A stretch of 32,000 bases of DNA from Picosynechococcus sp. PCC 7002 (lineage in GTDB: Bacteria > Cyanobacteriota > Cyanobacteriia > Cyanobacteriales > MRBY01), in contig NZ_CAWLFA010000001.1 in NCBI RefSeq assembly GCF_963860125.1, positions 1,847,930 to 1,879,929 of the forward strand, in the 5' to 3' direction. Of the stretch, positions 28,703-32,000 are shown one piece after another. The notes below the pieces were generated by a model, which worked only from the letters and a program-made list of their open reading frames with translations, searched no databases and was not told where the DNA came from. Numbering within the stretch: position 1 is the stretch's first letter; every line of letters begins with the position of its first letter. Both the position numbers and the translations under genes were made by a program.

Positions 28703-29476
28703 GTGACTGAGCATTTTTCTGATCCAAAGAATTCTCCAGAAGATATGAATTGGGTAGATTTAGATTCCCAAGCATCCCAACCCCCAAGCTCCTCCCTGAC
28801 CCAGGTCAATAACCCAGATATTATTGCTCCACCCGCCCCCACCTCAGCGACAAGACATCGTAAAACCTTGGTGGTGGTCGAAACTGCTTTTTTAGCCAGC
28901 ACCGCCAGCTTAATTTGGCTGATTAACTATTACTTTCCCATTGGGCCACTACTACGGCTATTTTTTCCGTTGCCCATTGCCTTGGTCTATTTGCGTTGGG
29001 GTTCCCGGGCGGCGTGGATGTCAACCCTCGTCTCTAGCTTGCTATTGTCGATTTTGATGGGGCCGACCCGTAGCATTATTTACACCATTCCCTATGGCCT
29101 GATTGGTGTGCAGTTGGGGTGGATGTGGCGACGCCAGGTGTCTTGGTATTGGTCGGTCACCCTGGGGACAATTTTGGGCACCCTCGGCTTTTTCTTTCGG
29201 GTGTGGCTATTGTCATTACTGCTCGGCGAAGACCTGTGGGTTTATGTAATCTCGCAAATTTCGGAGATGGCGGATTGGCTCTTTCTCAAGCTGGGCCTGT
29301 TGACCCAACCGAGTTTACTGGTGATTCAGCTTTTGGCCCTGGTCATGCTGACTATTAATAGTGTGTTATACCTATTCGTGGTGCATCTGGTGGCATTGTT
29401 GATGTTGGATCGTTTAGGAAATTCGATTCCGCGTCCGCCCCACTGGGTTCAGGTGTTAATTGAGTATGAAGAATAG
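28703..29476 (+). CDS. DUF2232-like polytopic membrane protein
   Basis: VVETAFLASTASLIWLINYYFPIGPLLRLFFPLPIALVYLRWG is followed by several TM helices. The GTG start at 28703 is uncertain; an alternative ATG lies at 28745. Confidence 0.6.
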   Translation: MTEHFSDPKNSPEDMNWVDLDSQASQPPSSSLTQVNNPDIIAPPAPTSATRHRKTLVVVETAFLASTASLIWLINYYFPIGPLLRLFFPLPIALVYLRWGSRAAWMSTLVSSLLLSILMGPTRSIIYTIPYGLIGVQLGWMWRRQVSWYWSVTLGTILGTLGFFFRVWLLSLLLGEDLWVYVISQISEMADWLFLKLGLLTQPSLLVIQLLALVMLTINSVLYLFVVHLVALLMLDRLGNSIPRPPHWVQVLIEYEE

Positions 29477-29487
29477 GCTTAAGGTTT

Positions 29488-30345
29488 ATGGGAGCGCAAC
29501 TGTATCAGCAAATCCGCGAATTTTATGATGCGTCTAGTCCCCTCTGGGAATCGATCTGGGGTGAACACATGCACCACGGTTTCTATGGACTAGGGGGCAC
29601 AGAACGACTCAATCGTCGGCAGGCACAAATTGAATTAATTGAAGAATTTCTGGCCTGGGGCAAAGTCGAACAAGTTGGAAATTTTGTCGATGTGGGCTGT
29701 GGTATTGGCGGCAGTACCCTCTATTTGGCTGATAAGTTTAATGCGCAGGGCGTTGGGATTACCCTCTCTCCGGTACAGGCCAATCGGGCGATCGCCAGGG
29801 CAACGGAACAGAATTTACAGGATCAGGTTGAGTTTAAAGTGGCCGATGCGTTGAATATGCCCTTTCGAGATGGGGAATTTGACCTCGTCTGGACCCTCGA
29901 AAGTGGTGAACATATGCCCAACAAGCGGCAGTTTCTCCAGGAATGCACAAGAGTACTCAAGCCGGGTGGCAAGTTATTAATGGCGACTTGGTGTCATCGA
30001 CCAACGGATTCGGTAGCGGGCACCCTCACCCCTGCCGAGCAAAAGCACCTTGAAGATCTGTATCGGATTTACTGCTTGCCCTATGTGATTTCGTTGCCAG
30101 ATTATCAGGCGATCGCCACCGAATGTGGTTTAGAAAATATTGAGACAGCAGATTGGTCTACCGCCGTGGCTCCCTTCTGGGATCAAGTGATCGATTCTGC
30201 CCTCACCCCAGAAGCAGTTTTTGGCATTCTCAAAGCAGGCTGGCAAACTCTGCAAGGGGCATTGGCCTTAGACTTGATGAAAAGCGGTTTTCGGCGGGGT
30301 TTAATTCGCTATGGTCTACTCCAGGCCACGAAACCAAAAGCATAA
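29488..30345 (+). CDS. gamma-tocopherol methyltransferase-like SAM-dependent methyltransferase
   Basis: FYDASSPLWESIWGEHMHHGFYG...RRQAQIELIEE plus FVDVGCGIGGSTLYLA matches my memory of the N-terminal signature of the cyanobacterial/plant gamma-TMT (VTE4) family. Substrate not verified. Confidence 0.7.
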   Translation: MGAQLYQQIREFYDASSPLWESIWGEHMHHGFYGLGGTERLNRRQAQIELIEEFLAWGKVEQVGNFVDVGCGIGGSTLYLADKFNAQGVGITLSPVQANRAIARATEQNLQDQVEFKVADALNMPFRDGEFDLVWTLESGEHMPNKRQFLQECTRVLKPGGKLLMATWCHRPTDSVAGTLTPAEQKHLEDLYRIYCLPYVISLPDYQAIATECGLENIETADWSTAVAPFWDQVIDSALTPEAVFGILKAGWQTLQGALALDLMKSGFRRGLIRYGLLQATKPKA

Positions 30346-30400
30346 ATTCCCATGGGCTCAATTTACCGCGTTTGGTCTATATTCTTCAGGAGATCTTGAG

Positions 30401-30964
30401 ATGGTTCAAACTCCCTTAAAACAATTAACGCTCCCAGAATTCCTCTCATTACCCGAAACAAAACCAGCGGGGGAGTATATCAATGGCCAAATCATCCAAA
30501 AACCAATGCCCCAAGGAAAGCATAGTTCCATTCAAACAGAGTTGGCCTCAACAATTAACTTGAAGTTGAGATCTTCAAAAATAGCAAGAGCCTTTTCTGA
30601 ACTGCGCTGTACCTTTGGCGATCGCTCTACAGTCCCTGATATTTCTGTGTTTACTTGGGCAAGAATTGTACGGGATGAAAATGGTGAGATTGCTAATGCT
30701 TTCCAGCTTGCTCCTGATTGGACAATTGAAATTCTATCGCCGGATCAAAGTCAAACGAAAGTCACGAAAAATATCTTGCACTGTCTCGATCATGGCACTG
30801 AAATGGGGTGGTTAATTGATCCTGCCGAAAGAACAATTTTTGTATATCAACCCAAACAGCAAACATTGGTTTTTGATGGGCCAACTCAGCAAATTGCTAT
30901 GCCATCTTTTGCCCAGGCAATCCAGTTAACGGTCGAAGATATTTTTAGGTGGCTTTTGGAATAA
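30401..30964 (+). CDS. Uma2 family (DUF820) endonuclease
   Basis: LTLPEFLSLPETKPAGEYINGQIIQKPMPQGKHSSIQ and PDWTIEILSP are typical Uma2 motifs. The start is set at MVQTPLK (30401). Confidence 0.8.
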   Translation: MVQTPLKQLTLPEFLSLPETKPAGEYINGQIIQKPMPQGKHSSIQTELASTINLKLRSSKIARAFSELRCTFGDRSTVPDISVFTWARIVRDENGEIANAFQLAPDWTIEILSPDQSQTKVTKNILHCLDHGTEMGWLIDPAERTIFVYQPKQQTLVFDGPTQQIAMPSFAQAIQLTVEDIFRWLLE

Positions 30965-31065
30965 ATCCGGTAATTTGTTAAAAAATCAAGGCTGATTGCT
31001 TGGTTCAGGTGATCAGCTAAAAAGTAGTCTTTTCAAAGCAGCATTCAAGGCGCGATATTATTCCC

Positions 31066-32000
31066 TTACTGGGGCGATCGCCGCCAAGGTACTTCCCACC
31101 AAAAAAACCTCAAGGCGAAGATCCCCGCTAGCAACTGGAACCCGCCAAAAATCCCCAAGGCCCAGGCAAAGCCCCAGGTGAGCAGCTTTCCGAATAGCAA
31201 ACTACCGATCCCAAACCCTGTAAAGAGAGTAAAGACCTTGAGACCCATGGTTTGACCGAGGTTGTCGTCGTCCCCCAAGTCCGTGACAATACCCACAAAA
31301 AGCGGTTGGGTCAAATCATAGCCAATGGACAAAATGACCACGGCCACCGTGGTCATCCAAGGGGTAATCGGTAAGATCATCACCAGACCCGACAGGGCCG
31401 CCATCACCAGACCTGCCGGCACTAACCAGCGTCGTCCCCAACGATCTACCGCTTTGCCAATCCAAGCACTCAGCAATAAGCCCGGCACCCCATAACCCAA
31501 AATGGTTAAACCAATATTCAAGGGACTCATGGTAAAGCGTTCCGAGAGATAAAGGCCCAACCAAGTAAAGACCCCTGCATGGTAAATCCCATTCCACAGG
31601 ACATAGGCATAGGTGCGCTGACCCCGAAAGCTACGGAGCACCTGCCAGTATCCCCGGAAGATTTGCTGGATCGAAGGAGGAGATTCCTGGGGGGCTTCGT
31701 CAAACAGTGCACCATAGGGTTGCAGTCGCCACAGCACTAAACCAGCGGCGATCGCCGTGCCGATAAACAAAGTCCGCCAGCCAATAAACGGCTCTAGGAT
31801 TGCGCCCCCAGCAGAACCCGCAGCCATCCCTCCTTCCATTGCCGCAAAGATTAAACCCAACATTGCGCCCCGACGCTCAAAGGGAAACAGATCTCCAATT
31901 AGAGCAAAGGTCATTGGAATAATGCCACTGGCCCCAATGCCCGTTAATAGTCGCCAAGTAGCTAATTGGGACAGATTTTGGGATGTCGCTGTTAACCCGG
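31066..32000 (-). CDS. MFS transporter (partial; N-terminus lies beyond the window end)
   Basis: Multi-TM protein. The reading frame stays open upstream of the tracked Met at 31914 to the window edge (...LLTGIGASGIIPMTFALIGDLFPFERRG, an MFS-type loop motif). Confidence 0.8.
   Translation of the reverse strand, partial: GLTATSQNLSQLATWRLLTGIGASGIIPMTFALIGDLFPFERRGAMLGLIFAAMEGGMAAGSAGGAILEPFIGWRTLFIGTAIAAGLVLWRLQPYGALFDEAPQESPPSIQQIFRGYWQVLRSFRGQRTYAYVLWNGIYHAGVFTWLGLYLSERFTMSPLNIGLTILGYGVPGLLLSAWIGKAVDRWGRRWLVPAGLVMAALSGLVMILPITPWMTTVAVVILSIGYDLTQPLFVGIVTDLGDDDNLGQTMGLKVFTLFTGFGIGSLLFGKLLTWGFAWALGIFGGFQLLAGIFALRFFWWEVPWRRSPQ

Noticed and set aside
30981-31017. Hairpin GCTGAT-N15-ATCAGC, with an A6 run on the plus strand (T6 on the minus strand), between the convergent Uma2 and MFS genes
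   Set aside because: It is a possible terminator for the minus-strand MFS gene. However, the stem is short and A/T-rich, the loop is large, and the T-run is separated from the stem by 4 nt. I do not list it as a feature.

Overview
This window looks like a cyanobacterial chromosome segment. I infer that from the very high density of the HIP1 octamer GCGATCGC (about 59 copies by hand count) and from gene content: fibrillin/PAP, a gamma-tocopherol-methyltransferase-like gene, Uma2, DUF3285, ComFB and DUF2232. Ordinary housekeeping genes (trpG/pabA-like, dgkA, ybeY, proB, nadE, sfsA, an SRP RNA, a tRNA-CAT) flank an accessory block of about 11 kb at 6843-17723. That block is a complete, intact-looking type I CRISPR-Cas locus with the Myxan-style (Cmx) gene order: WYL regulator, cas6, cas3 (HD plus helicase), cas8-like large subunit, cas7, [small antitoxin plus PIN/VapC toxin], cas5, cas4-cas1 fusion, cas2, a 255-nt leader, then an array of 14 copies of a 36-nt repeat with 13 spacers. 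The array ends 169 nt from the 3' end of the tRNA gene. The most unusual observation is the translationally coupled toxin-antitoxin pair between cas7 and cas5, with no room for its own promoter or terminator. Other points to follow up: no separate cas11 gene, but an SD-preceded in-frame internal ATG in the large-subunit gene; a WYL regulator gene abutting cas6 (TAG then ATG); HIP1 density inside the cas genes comparable to the core genome, which argues for long residence; and an odd anticodon stem in the tRNA. No database search, HMM search or folding program was available. All family assignments come from motif recognition in the supplied translations and need confirming.
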